Assembly (NCBI GenBank): GCA_040357565.1
Contig: JBDODJ010000021.1
DNA from: Cercozoa sp. M6MM
Lineage: Eukaryota > Protista > Endomyxa: Ascetosporea
Strand: one strand, 5' to 3'
DNA: 64,000 bases
Part shown: positions 52,381-64,000 of the stretch, in pieces
How positions within the stretch are numbered: the stretch's first letter is position 1
Layout: each line of letters opens with the position of its first letter
The notes under the pieces: generated by a model
Database searches by the model: none
The model's input: the letters and a program-made list of their open reading frames with translations, nothing else
What the model was told of the DNA's origin: nothing
Translations under genes and position numbers: made by a program

Positions 52381-55300
52381 CTAAATACGCTCGAGACCAA
52401 GTCGCTTGTAGACCTTCTTGTCTAGCACGGAGCCGGGCTTGTTCTTTTGCTCCTGTTGCCGCTTGTGACGCGCGTCGTTGGCGCCGGCGACCTTGTCGCG
52501 CTTTGAGCGCAGCTTGTCACGCAACTTGGACCGCTCGCGTTCGATTACGAGCTGCTTGTGTGCTTCGCGTGCCTCGCGCATCAGCTGTAGCGACTCTGTC
52601 AAGTGGTCCTCCTTCTGTCTCGCAGCAGGCAACGTAACACACACTCTAAAATTGGAGTAGAAACGTAACGTACTCTCTCGGGAACTGCGAGTGCGTCAAT
52701 CTGTGCCTCGACACTCTGTTGCGTCTTCTTGCGGCGTTTCTTCTGTTTCGGCTTTTTCTTGCGACGCTGTTGCGCCTGTTCGCGTGGAGCCTTCGTTTTC
52801 TGCAAAAACACTCATGAGCACCATAAGTGACCAGACACAAGAAAGAGCACACCGGTTTGCCCAGCGCTTCAAAGTCAAAGCCGAAGGAGGAGGAAGAGGT
52901 TGCGACAGGAACAGACGAAGTCGCAGGAGAAACCGTCTGCACCGACGATGAGGAAAAACTATTCCCAAACGTTGATGTTGAAACACTGGTTTCTTGCCGA
53001 TTTTGCGAGTCGGAATTCTCTGCATCTGTCGACTTCTTCTTTTTCTTTTTCTTCTTGCGTCGCGATTTCTTCTTTTTGGCGCTCAATTTGGCAGTATGCT
53101 CAGCGCTGTCTTTGTCTGCTGCGAGAGCGCCCAAATCAATCGTGTTGCTTTGGTCCACTTTGATGAGCAGCGGGTCGTCCTCGTAGTCATCGGCACCGTT
53201 CAGATCGCCGTCGTTCGCGTAGTCGTACACGGAACGAAGCGAGACTCTGCGGCACACAACTCTGTTATATGACACTCAAAAGAACGCATGTTGTACCGAT
53301 CGGTGTTAATAAACTTGATGAAGTCAAGTGCGAACTGATCGCTGCGGACAATCACAGTTTCTCGATACAGGAAAACTGCATACAAAAAGAAAACAAGAAT
53401 ACCCAGATCGCAGCAGCGTGCCCGAGAAGTCGCCAATCACGCAAAGGTGCTTCTTCGCACGTGTTAGCGCAACATTGGTACGTCTCTGAACAGATAAAAA
53501 CGGTACAGCAGGAAAGACAAAAATTTGCAAAGTCAAAACACACAGTTTCACGAAGAAAGCCGATTTCGTTTTGATCATTGCTTCGCACGAGTGAAAGAAT
53601 TATCGCGTCCTTTTCCCGTCCCTTTACAAGCACAACAAATTAGATTTGACAAAAACGACGGTAAAGAACAAAGAACAACAACAACAACAAAACTCGCACC
53701 TGAAAAGCATCGACCGTGCCAGTTTCGATTTCAAAACTTTCACCTTCGAGCCGTTCTCTCAATCTGAGCAAGCACATTAGAATAAAACAAACACAATCAA
53801 AGGCCTGTGTGGAAGTGTACAGTTGAAGTTGAGCGCGATAGGGCGTGATAATAGCGATGCTGTCTTGCGAGACACCCTAGGTATAAAGGGCGGTATACAA
53901 TATTCACAAGCTGAATGGCAGCAAGATAAGGGAGTAGAACAGAGAAAAGTACAGCACGCAGAAGGTGCGTGACGTGACGCATACACAGCGCAGCTTCGTG
54001 TTCATTGAATTTCGACAGATCCTTTTCGTCTTCGGGACTCGTTTCGGCCGTGTCGATGGCGACAAACGCGGCAGCCAGGTTTCGTGTCTGCAGAGAGAGG
54101 GAAGGGTACAGTGATTGATACAAAGCAAAAAGGGTTCAAAAGCAACCTCGCCCAGCAAGTGCAGTCGGTTGGACTCGTGCGATAGCAGCTCACCGCGGTA
54201 GAAAACGGCGTTGCTAAAGTGCAGAATGTTCTCATGCATGCGATACTGTGTGTTGAGCAGTGTGCTGTTGCTGTCGCGAATCACCCGTTCCATCAGTGAT
54301 TTTGACAGCACCGACAGCACCTCTACAATAACAAAAAGCTAACATAAAGTACAGTGATGTCTAATAAGCAAGTACCTTTATCCCGAGAGACAATCGTTGG
54401 CGGCAATTGACAGTGATCACCGGCCAGAACAGCTCGTTCTAAACATCAAAGTGGTCAAAGTAGGAAAGTCAAGCGACTGTTACATCTAAACTACCTTTCG
54501 CAAATTGCAAGGCAATCCAGCACTCGGCTTCGGTCGCTTGAGCACATTCGTCAACAAAGACGTAGTCAAACGTCATGTCCTGCACATAACCACAATATAC
54601 AAAATAACGTATGCAACCAAAGCTAAACCTACATATCGACGAAGTGTGTCAGCCGAGTTTAGAGTGCTCAGCACGACTTGCGCCTCCTCCAACTGCAAAA
54701 ACAATTACAGTCAGTCCAAACACACCAATGTACAAGTCATCCTTTCGCTTACAATGGCAGAAGTCGCAAGCTGTTCGTTCTCCTTGATATCTGCAAGTTT
54801 TAAAACTAGAAACTAAAGAACACAACACAACAGAGTGATATTGCACCTTTGCGAAGCAGTCGCATTTCTTTCCTCGCGTCCTCTGCACCAAAACAAAGTT
54901 AAAGAACATTTTTTATCGAAAAAAACCAAAAACCTGAAAAGATGCGCGAACGCCGCAATTTCTCCAGTTCTTCGCGTGCGCTACAAACCGAGAAATCGCA
55001 GGTTTTGAGAGAAAAACGAAAAGGTACGCTGCCACGACTTGCATTCGGTAATGCTGCTGAGCGAGCACCTGAAGCGAAACCGTTTGCACGGCATCGTCAA
55101 AACGAGCGCTTTGACCCAGTCGAACGCAGTTCACATCTAAACGAAATATCGAAACACCAATGAGCTTCATTAACCATCAAATCAAGCACAAAAGGCTCGT
55201 GTACCATGTGCAAGCAAAAGCTTGGCCAAATGATCGACTGCGACATTGCTCGGCGCACAGACGAGACAACTGAATTTGTTGAAACATCCGTGTGAAAGAA

Positions 55301-56417
55301 AATACTGAAAACCGTGAAATCGGGTTGAATATAAGTTAAGCAATACCGTTTGCGCGGAGTTCGTTGCACGAGTGCACGCACGATAGAAATCAATGTTGTG
55401 GTTTTGCCAGTGCCAGGTGGGCCGTGGATAACGTGCATGCCTGAAAGAATTTTAAATCAGCTGAACTTGTTTCGTAAATCGCGAAAGTGTAAATTGTCTA
55501 CCAGAAGCCAACGTGAGACATGAACGCAGCGCTTGTTGCTGACTCTCGTTCAAATGCGCTGCTTCTGCGAGAAAAGTCGAAATTCTAGGAATACATCAAA
55601 AATAAAAGCACACCTTTCAAGACAGACTGAGTTTCCACTGTGTTGTCATAGCGATTCGGAACGCCGTCAAACGCGATCTGTCGCATTGGAGTGTCGTTTT
55701 CGCCTTTCGAAAGCAGTAACTTTAGACTGAAAAAGACAATGAACATGTGAAAACAAGTACCAACAATTCGCATGGCACGATGTGTTCGAACAAAAGAAAC
55801 GTCGTTCGCCACTTTGACTAGACACCAGTTGGGTGCAGAGTCCACTTGGATTTCGGCGCTGTCATCCACGTCAACCGCAACGGCAAGCACACCAGTTTTG
55901 ACTTTCGTCACGACGCCTTTCGTTTCGGCATCTCGAACACTCAAATCGTCCGCATAGTGCTTCAAATGGGCGGCCAAGAAGGACGCGCTGCCACGCAGCA
56001 GCACAACATTGTCGCCAGCTTTGAAACGTGGTCGCTCTTTCTCTGCACGAGACTTCCCATCAAGAAATACGAAAGAAACTCAGGTTAAAACGTACCATCG
56101 GACAGCACAAATGTGAGAAGCTTTTGAGAGAACAAAACCGCACGAATTTCCGTTAGTTTGAGACTCTTGTGTATTCTTCTACAATCCAGCCAAATAAAAG
56201 AAACCCTCCAGTCAAACGTATTCGAGACACTGCACCCAGAAGCCTCCAAATCGCATAGTTTTCGACCTGAGAGTTCCTAGGAACGGTAAGTATCAGTCAA
56301 CAACTGCAAACAGAGTGCAGAAAACAAAAATACCTCAATTGCTTGTTCTAATTGAGCCTCGCGTTCTGACTCCAAACATTCGCGGTGCTGTTTGACAAAA
56401 TCGGAAATTCCTGTCAT
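52381..56417 (-). CDS. IGHMBP2: IGHMBP2/SMUBP-2/Hcs1-like SF1 (Upf1-like) helicase
   Basis: LESEREAQ N terminus, LNESQQQA, IHGPPGTGKTTTL, CAPSNVAVD, VFVDECAQATE, LAGDHCQLPPTI, LNTQYRMHE, VDAFQGREKD, RSN..NEIGFL and RRTNVALTRAKKHL. Confidence 0.93.
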
Positions 56418-56672
56418 TTTCCCAACCAATCTAATACACGCACACGCGTGACCACGTTTATAAAGATCTGGGGCGTTGTAGGATCTCGGTTTTTTAACAA
56501 AGAACAATCGTCGCTCATTGTTTGAAAAAAGCGACATGAGCGTTTCTCCAAGTCGGGCGTGTTCTGCTCGTATCCTTGACGATGCGGCCTGCTTCTGTTC
56601 ATTGCAAAAATACAAACTTAGAGCACGTGCGAAGTCTAAACGGAACCCTGGACCACACCGAAAGCGCGAACA

Positions 56673-57619
56673 ATGTCAGTTCCAATGCGCGCATCGAAGA
56701 TGCACCTCATTTCGCAGATCCCGCAACGTGGAACCGTGTCCAGCTTTGGCACTAGCGGCCGCGACGGTGGCAACTTTTGTGACGATAAGAACGTCCGAAA
56801 GAAGCGTCTGGCGAGATACCAGAGTCCTGGTCCAGGCGAATACAAGGTAATTTAAACTTACATCGCGGCGTTGAACCAGTCTTCTTCCCCAGTTGGCAGT
56901 TTCAGTAACTGTATCTTTCAGTTACCGCCAGCTTCTCAAGGCAGAAGTTTCTCACTTCTTGGTCGTCGCACAGAGCCGAGCAAGCGGCACGACACACCTG
57001 CACCCAACCAGTACTCACACGCGTCAGATCAGGCATTGGCATTGAAGAAGGGTTACGGGGTCGCAGCGCCTTTCGGCACCCGCACTGTGCTAAACGATGA
57101 GCTGCATGCACGCTCTATTCCAGGGTACAGTACTGTTTGTTACAAACCAAAGATGTTGCAAGAAAGGTGAAACGAAAGCGTAGACCTGGTGCCTACGACG
57201 TCGATAACTCTTGGAAAGCCCTTGACACGCAGCCGAAATTTTCCATCGCTGGTCCGTACCCTCCAGAGCACAAGCTGGACGAAGTTCCGGGTCCAGGACA
57301 CTACCGTCCCCAGGAGGTCGACAAGCACGTTGGCATCACGCTCAAGAGCCGGCACCCGGAGAAATCTCTTCAGTGCGGCGCCGAACCCAAGTACAATCCA
57401 ATTCAGACGACAGCCAAACCCCACTGCACCCGATCGGCTTCCATTCGCGGTACATGCAGGGCTGGACAACTCCGTCTTTATACTCAGTTGATTTTACAGT
57501 TTGTGTAACATTTGGAAACAGGGACAGTGCGTCCATGCGACGATATCGTCCCAGAAGGACACGCGACACCCGGGCCTATCTACAATGTGCCCCGACAATT
57601 TGATACGCCTGCACATTAA
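56673..57619 (+). CDS. SHIPPO-repeat (ODF3/STPG-like) ciliary/flagellar protein
   Basis: Repeated PGPGxY-type motifs: SPGPGEY, TPAPNQY, PGAYDV, VPGPGHY and TPGPIY. Confidence 0.85.
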
Positions 57620-57735
57620 AACTAACGTAACGCCATGCAATGGAATTCTTTGTCGACGTCCGGTTGTTCAGAGTATGTCAGTTCAGTTCAAATGAAATCG
57701 AATGCAGTACGAATCTCGCTATTGCGTCGGCGCTC

Positions 57736-58776
57736 TTACTGCGAAGCGTGCAGCATCTCGCGCAGCGCGTAGTGCAGGATGCCGCCGTTGCGCAGGTACT
57801 CGACCTCGGCCGGCGTGTCGCAGCGCAGCACGGCCTTGAACGACTTGCCGCACTGCGTGCGCACCGTCACGCGCTGCAGCGGCTCAAGCGGCGACTCCTC
57901 CGTGTCGGCAAAGTCGAAGTCGAACACCTCCTCGCTGCACACACACACAGCAGAATGATTAACACACGAGGGGCTTGAGAAGAGTACCCAGTGAGGCCGA
58001 GCTCGTCGGCACCCTCGCCCTCGAGGAACTGAAGCGGTACGACGCCCATACCTACAGGAGGAGAGTAGAGGATTTAACTAACTAGGTGGGGGGGGGGGGA
58101 ATACCAATGAGGTTGCTGCGGTGGATGCGCTCGAACGACTTGGCCACGACGACCTTGACACCCTGCAGCAACCCACGTGTTCATCCAGGTACTGCCAGGT
58201 GTACTACACACGCACACAACACTGGGACAGCAAGTACCTGCAGCGACACGCCCTTAGCAGCCCAGTCGCGCGACGAACCGTTGCCGTACAGGGCGCCTAT
58301 AGTGTCGAGTATAGACACAAATATTAACATTTATATCTGTATACAATAAAGACACATCCGCGCGGAAACAAAGAGTATACCGCCAAGAATGACGAGCGGC
58401 GTGCCGTCCTCCTGGTACTTCATAGCGCAGTCGAACACCGACATCTGCTCGCCCGATGGCACGTGCTTGGCGAACGGACCTGTCCGGATGGGGATGGGGG
58501 TAAGGGGGACGGGGTAGCGATGGGACAAACTACCATTGCACTCGGCCATCTTGTTGATGAGACGGATGTTGGCAAAGGTGCCGCGCGCCATGACCTCGTC
58601 GTTGCCACGACGCGAGCCGTACGAGTTAAAGTCCTTCGCGCTCACGCCACGCGCCTGTCCCAGGGGGGGGGGGGGGNNNNNNNNNNNNNNNNNNNNNNNN
58701 NNNNNNNNNNNNNNNNNNNNNNNNNNNNNNNNNNNNNNNNNNNNNNNNNNNNNNNNNNNNNNNNNNNNNNNNNNNN

Positions 58777-58808
<32 letters not shown>

Positions 58809-61800
58809 CCCTCGGGGGGGGGCCCCACCCCCGCCCCCGGCGGGTATACTCCCTACCTGCAGGTAGCGAGCAGCCGGCGAGTCCTTGGCGATCTTGCCGG
58901 CCGGCGAGATGTGGTCCGTCGTGATCGAGTCGCCCAGATTGAGCAGGCAACGCGCGCCCTTCACCGAGTGGATACCTGGAGAAAGAGGTATAGGTGGTAT
59001 AGGGGTATAAAGGACCAGGGGGCAACTACCCGGCTTGCTGGCGTCCATGGACTGGAAGAAGGGCGGGTGGTGAATGTACGTGCTGTCCTCCGTCCACGAG
59101 TACAGGTTGCCGGTCGGTGCCTACGCTCAGTACCTTAATACCTACTGCCTGCCCTGCCCAAACAAGCCTGTCCAAGCTACCTGCAACTCAGCCCACGCGG
59201 CGTTGCGCTGCTCCACCGTCGCCTCGTCGTACACGCGGTCGAACATGTCCTATGCACAAACAACCTTGCTCAAACAGCCCCTTGTTGCTAAGAGGATGGG
59301 CTACCTTGGTGACGTACTTGCTGCAGTAGTCGGCCACCTCGTCGCGCGTCGGCCAGATATCGCGCAGGAAGACGTTGTTACCCTCCTTGTCCTGCCACGT
59401 GTGCGTGCATTTATACCCCCCCCCACTTTACCCCCATCTACCTCTCCTACCTGGCCAATGGGCTCCTTCTCAAAGTCAATGTCGACGCGACCGGCCAGTG
59501 CGTAGGCCACCACCAGCGGCGGCGACGCCAGGTAGTTCGCGCGCGTGTGCGTGTGCACACGGCCCTGCAGTTATATAGGTAGGGGGTCGGGTAAAGGAGG
59601 GGTGGGGGGGGGGGGGGGGCAATGTACCTCAAAGTTGCGGTTGCCCGACAGCACACCGGCCACAACAAGGTCACCCTCCTCGATGGCCTTCTCGACCACC
59701 TGCGGGATGTCGCCCGAGTTGCCGATACAGGTCGTGCAGCCGTAGCCCACCGTGTGGAAGCCGAGCTGCTCCAGCGGCTTGGTCAGATTCGCCGCCTCGA
59801 GGTACTCCGTCACCACGTGCGAGCCCTGTTCGGGGGGGGGGGGTAAAGAGGAAAGTTAAAGGGTGGGGGGTTAAACACTCTACCGGAGCCAGCGACGTCT
59901 TGCGGAACTTGTCGACCGTGAGGCCCTTCTCCACGGCCTACAACACGGGGGTAAAGGAGGTAGGGGGAGGGGGAGGAGGTAAACTACCTTCTTGGCAACA
60001 ATACCGGCGCCCATGAGCACCGACGGGTTCGACGTGTTCGTGCACGACGTGATGGCCGTCAGAACAACGTCGCCATTGCGCAGAGTGTACTCCTATGTCA
60101 CCGGGGTAAACTAAGGGTGTATGGGGGGAAGGGGTTTAGATACCTCGCCCTCGTAGTCGAACTTGACCTCCTTGGCGACTTGGCTCTTCTCGAGGCCGAA
60201 GCTCTTGAAGTCCACCGGCGCCGTCAGACCCTACCCTCAGGGGGTAAAGGGAGGGGGCAGGGGGCAGGGGCAGAGGGGGGGGGGGGGTAAAGACTACCTC
60301 GGAGAACTCGGTCGGCAGATCGGCGATCGCGACGCGATCCTGCGGACGCTTCGGACCCGCCACCGACGGACGCACCTACCGGGAGGGGGGTGAGGGTAGA
60401 CGGGGGAGGTATAAAGACCATCCTACCGTCGAGAGGTCGAGATGCAGCGTGCTCGTGAACTCACGCTTGTCCTGACCTACAGACAGGGGTAATGGGGGGG
60501 AGGGGTAAGAGGGGTACAATTACCCGGGTTGGCGTACATCTCCTCCGACACGAACATGTTGTTGGCACGGAAGTAGGCCTCAAAGTCGGCCAGTTGCTGT
60601 ATTCGTTCGTACAAACAGACCGTTCATTTGTCCCAAAGACACACACATGCCTAGTTAAGGGGGTGCAGACAGGTACCGTCTGCGTCTTGCCCGTCTTGCC
60701 GAGGAACTCGAGCGTACGCGCGTCCACCGGGAAGAAGCCCATCGTGGCACCGTATTCGGGACCCTACGCACACCGTCAGTCAGTCAGTCAGTCACTCACT
60801 TAGTGATCAGTGGTATCAATTGATCGGTATCATTTGGTACCATGTTGGCCAGAGTGGCACGGTCCTCCAGCGACAGTGCCTGCACGCCAGCGCCAAAGAA
60901 CTCCACGAACTTGCCGATCACGCCTGTCAGGAGACGCCGTATACTATTACCCCCTAGCCCCCTTAATTAACTGGCTAGTACCGTGCTCACGCAGCTTCTG
61001 CGTCACCGTCAGCACAATGTCCGTGGCCGTCACGAACTGGTCCTACCAACGCAATCTTCCATCACTCGCAGTCCTCTCTCTGCAAGAGGTCTACAAAGTA
61101 AGTGATACCGGACGACCCGAGAGCTCGAAACCAACCACTTCCGGCAGCACCTACATTAGAGTCCATTTGGACCGCCCCACTCGCCCCGTCCACTCGTACC
61201 GTAGCACATGTGATAAGGGGGACTCGGACAGGAATCGGACAGATCACAACGCACCATGCGCACAGGCTGACCCAGCATGACGGACTCGGCCTCGATGCCG
61301 CCGACGCCCCAGCCGGCGATGCCGAGACCGTTGATCATCGTCGTGTGCGAGTCCGTGCCGACCTGGGGAAGAAGGGTAAGAGGAAAGGGTCGGAGGGGGG
61401 GGGGGTTCAAGCCCTACCAGGGAGTCGGGGAACATGATGGTCTCATCACCCGCAGTCAGCTCGAAGACGGAGCGCGCGAGGTACTCGAGGTTCACCTGGT
61501 GCACAATGCCCGTACCAGGCGGCACGATGCGGAAGTTGTCAAAGGCCTGGCTGCCCCACTTGAGGAACTCGAAGCGCTCCTTGTTGCGCTGCATCTCCAG
61601 CTCCTACGCAGACACAACACAATACACAGGGTGAGGGGGTAGGGGGGGGCAAAAAACCTGGTTCATCTCGGCAGCGTCCGGACGCGCGCTGTCACACAAA
61701 CATAATCTGGTAAAGTGGGGGGGGGGGTAAAGAGCTAGAAGAGCGCTACTAGTAGTCCACAGCAACCGAGTGATCAATCACGAGGTCCACCGGCACGCGC

Positions 61801-61993
61801 GGGTTGATCTGCGACGGGTCGGCACCTGCTCGTCCAAATATGCGTCCAGATGGACACGGACACACTCGACAGACAGATTGTACCGAGACGAGCCATGGCG
61901 GAACGCATGGCGGCCAGGTCGACCACAGCCGGCACACCCGTGAAGTCCTGCAGCACGACACGCGACGGCTTGAACGGCGTCTCCGTCTTGCCC

Positions 61994-62032
<39 letters not shown>

Positions 62033-62843
62033 GCGCATCGTTTCCTGTTGCGCCCAAAGCTTCGTTCGCGAAACTTCACTCGAAGTTCGCAAAGCTTCGC
62101 CGAGTTTCGTAACCAAGCGGAGCGATTGCGTCGAAATTGCATTTGAATTTCGACAAAATTTTAGCGATTTTCTCGTAAAGTTTCATCATCTCGCAATTTC
62201 AAATTGTTTTTGTTCCATTTTCAGTAAAGCGTATCAAAAATTTAGATTCGGCGATTTCGCATCAAGCGAAACGAACGAAAAGCCAAATGCACCTGGTTCT
62301 CGGACCACTGGAGGATGTTATGCACATCCGCCTGCGAGATCGCGAAGTCGTCGCAGTTGCGCACTACACAGAAAAACAACTACACCAACGCCGTTTCATT
62401 TAGCTACAACAAAGTACCAGCAGACTCAAGCAGCACACGGATCGACATCGGCAGCGAAGCGACCGAAGCGCCTGTTTTTTTTTTTTGTTTTGCAATTTTA
62501 CAAGTAGGTCATGCGGCAGTGTCAAGCGAAACATACCGGCGTGCGAGATATCAAAGTACTTCTTGCCATTCGCAAGCGATCGCAGCGTCTGCGCGCGCAG
62601 CGGCTGCACATCAAGGACAACACTTTAATTGTGAGAACAAAGCGCCCGACTGATCAAGTCAAAAAGCAAAAAGCAAAATGCAAAAAAAGAAAAATCCAGT
62701 CACCGCGATGCGGGACTGAATTACAGTGCTGCGCACGTGCGCCACAACACGTGAAAACTTGTCAGACACGTGCGACACAGCATCACACTCAATCTAACCC
62801 AAGGATTGCACAGCAAAAAACTCACATTCGAAAGCGACGACAT
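57736..62843 (-). CDS. ACO1: Aconitate hydratase, AcnA/IRP1 (cytosolic) type, very many introns
   Basis: [118 protein letters not shown] and [10 protein letters not shown]. Confidence 0.97.
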
Positions 62844-62996
62844 CGTGCACACTAGCCCGTGTATTCTGGCCAATACTCACACAACGGTCAGCCGTGCGTT
62901 TCGGAATTCACCGCTCCTCAAGTCGACCGGCTTTAATCTTTTCGGACAAAGCGGGTCCGGGAATTCAAACTGATTTTTCGACTCGCAATACAGCAC

Positions 62997-64000
62997 ATGG
63001 ATGTGTGCTTGCGTGTGATTATACACCTTAAATGAGTATCAAGGTACTTAAAAGCAATAGATTTCATATCAAGGATTATCGGTGAATTATGCAGGTGCTG
63101 CGCGAGATCACGAATCGGCTTCCGCCAGTGCGGTAGGAGACTCAAGGCCGTGTGCGCACTGTGGCTTGTTTACGTTTGTGTCTATAGGTACGCCGTAGGC
63201 TACGGTAGCGGTGTGTTCAGGCAGAGCGGGTACGAGAAACGGCAGTCGCCGCAAGTGGACTTGTTGCTTGTGAGCGATGACCCTGTGCAGTTCCATCGGT
63301 AGGTTTGTGGAAGGGGCATTGTGTGACACTAAAGTGTGTGTGCTTGATCGATGCCTCTGTAGAGAAGCACTGAATGACTCGACGTTGAAGGAGCACTACT
63401 CCTCCTTGGTGCAAGCGTGCAGGTATCTTGGGGCTTGGGTTGGTGCGAGTGTATGCTATGAGGACGCACTGCCTTGCAGCAACAATGAGAGCGCACTGAG
63501 GTGGCTCCAGCACAGTGGAACAGACGTATTTTTCAACAACAACTGTCGTCTGGGTGATCACTCGATCAAATATGGCGTGCTGTCCACCGAGTGTACATGC
63601 TTCAGTTTATCTTTTGATGTTTGATTTATTCCTCGTGCGTGTGCAGGTTTCCTGCGCGACCTGCTGACGTGGACTCCGTTTTGTGCGGCGCCACGTCTGC
63701 ACAAACCTGTCATTCTTGTGACTGGTACCTCTTCTCTCTGTACTTCTCTGTTTTTAACTAGAGACACATGAGACAGAAACGGAAGAACACACGGCCGAGT
63801 CTGAGTTCTTCCTACCTCCGGCCGACTTTGCCACCACGCTGTCGAATGAACCAGCCGAGCTCCTCCACATGTGCAATCCACAGACACATAGCATGGGTAA
63901 CTGTTGCCTTCTGTGTGTTAGATAAAATACGCAGATGTGTGTCCATACAGACCAGTTGCAAACGCTGATGTCTCTAAACCGTCTGATGGCCGCGTGCGTG
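62997..64000 (+). CDS. TAM41: TAM41/Mmp37 mitochondrial phosphatidate cytidylyltransferase (5' part; 3' end unresolved or beyond the window)
   Basis: LPPVRYAVGYGSGVFRQSGY, VDLLLVSDDP, HYSSL, VFFNNN, IKYGV and LRDLLTW....APRLHKPV. Confidence 0.88.

Noticed and set aside
58663-58830. Poly-G/poly-C hairpin in an aconitase intron
   Set aside because: It flanks a long N gap, so the arrangement may be a scaffolding artefact.
57736-62843. Iron-responsive-element system linked to the IRP1-like aconitase
   Set aside because: No convincing CAGUGN-loop hairpin in a UTR was seen, and AcnA-type aconitases are common in protists.

Overview
Gene-dense, very intron-rich eukaryotic DNA, most likely from a unicellular protist. 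It holds about 24 protein-coding genes split by many short (mostly ~40-150 nt) spliceosomal introns, so the ORF track shows only exon fragments; I rebuilt gene models by eye using GT/GC-AG junctions. Recognisable genes, in order: PAP2 phosphatase, Amt ammonium transporter, DHCR7-type sterol reductase, Kish, CSN4, eIF1/SUI1, G-protein alpha, Rab1, a ChaC/class-V aminotransferase fusion, PP1, an IKS1-like kinase, a SET methyltransferase, a two-TM sensor-RGS protein, a Ras-like GTPase, a Drp1-like dynamin, an atypical two-DBD E2F, a PTC7-like PP2C, an IGHMBP2-like helicase, a SHIPPO-repeat protein, an AcnA/IRP1-type aconitase and TAM41 (partial). There are also four unrecognised genes. The best candidates for novelty are (1) an in-frame fusion of a glutathione-degrading ChaC domain to a PLP aminotransferase, (2) a Cache-like extracellular sensor joined through a membrane helix to an RGS domain, which could be a GPCR-independent G-protein receptor, and (3) patches of introns filled with sense-strand C-run/T1-3A repeats that read as splice donors and G-quadruplex motifs on the antisense strand. 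No tRNA, rRNA, CRISPR array or intact transposon was recognised. Gene boundaries are manual estimates and no database search was run.
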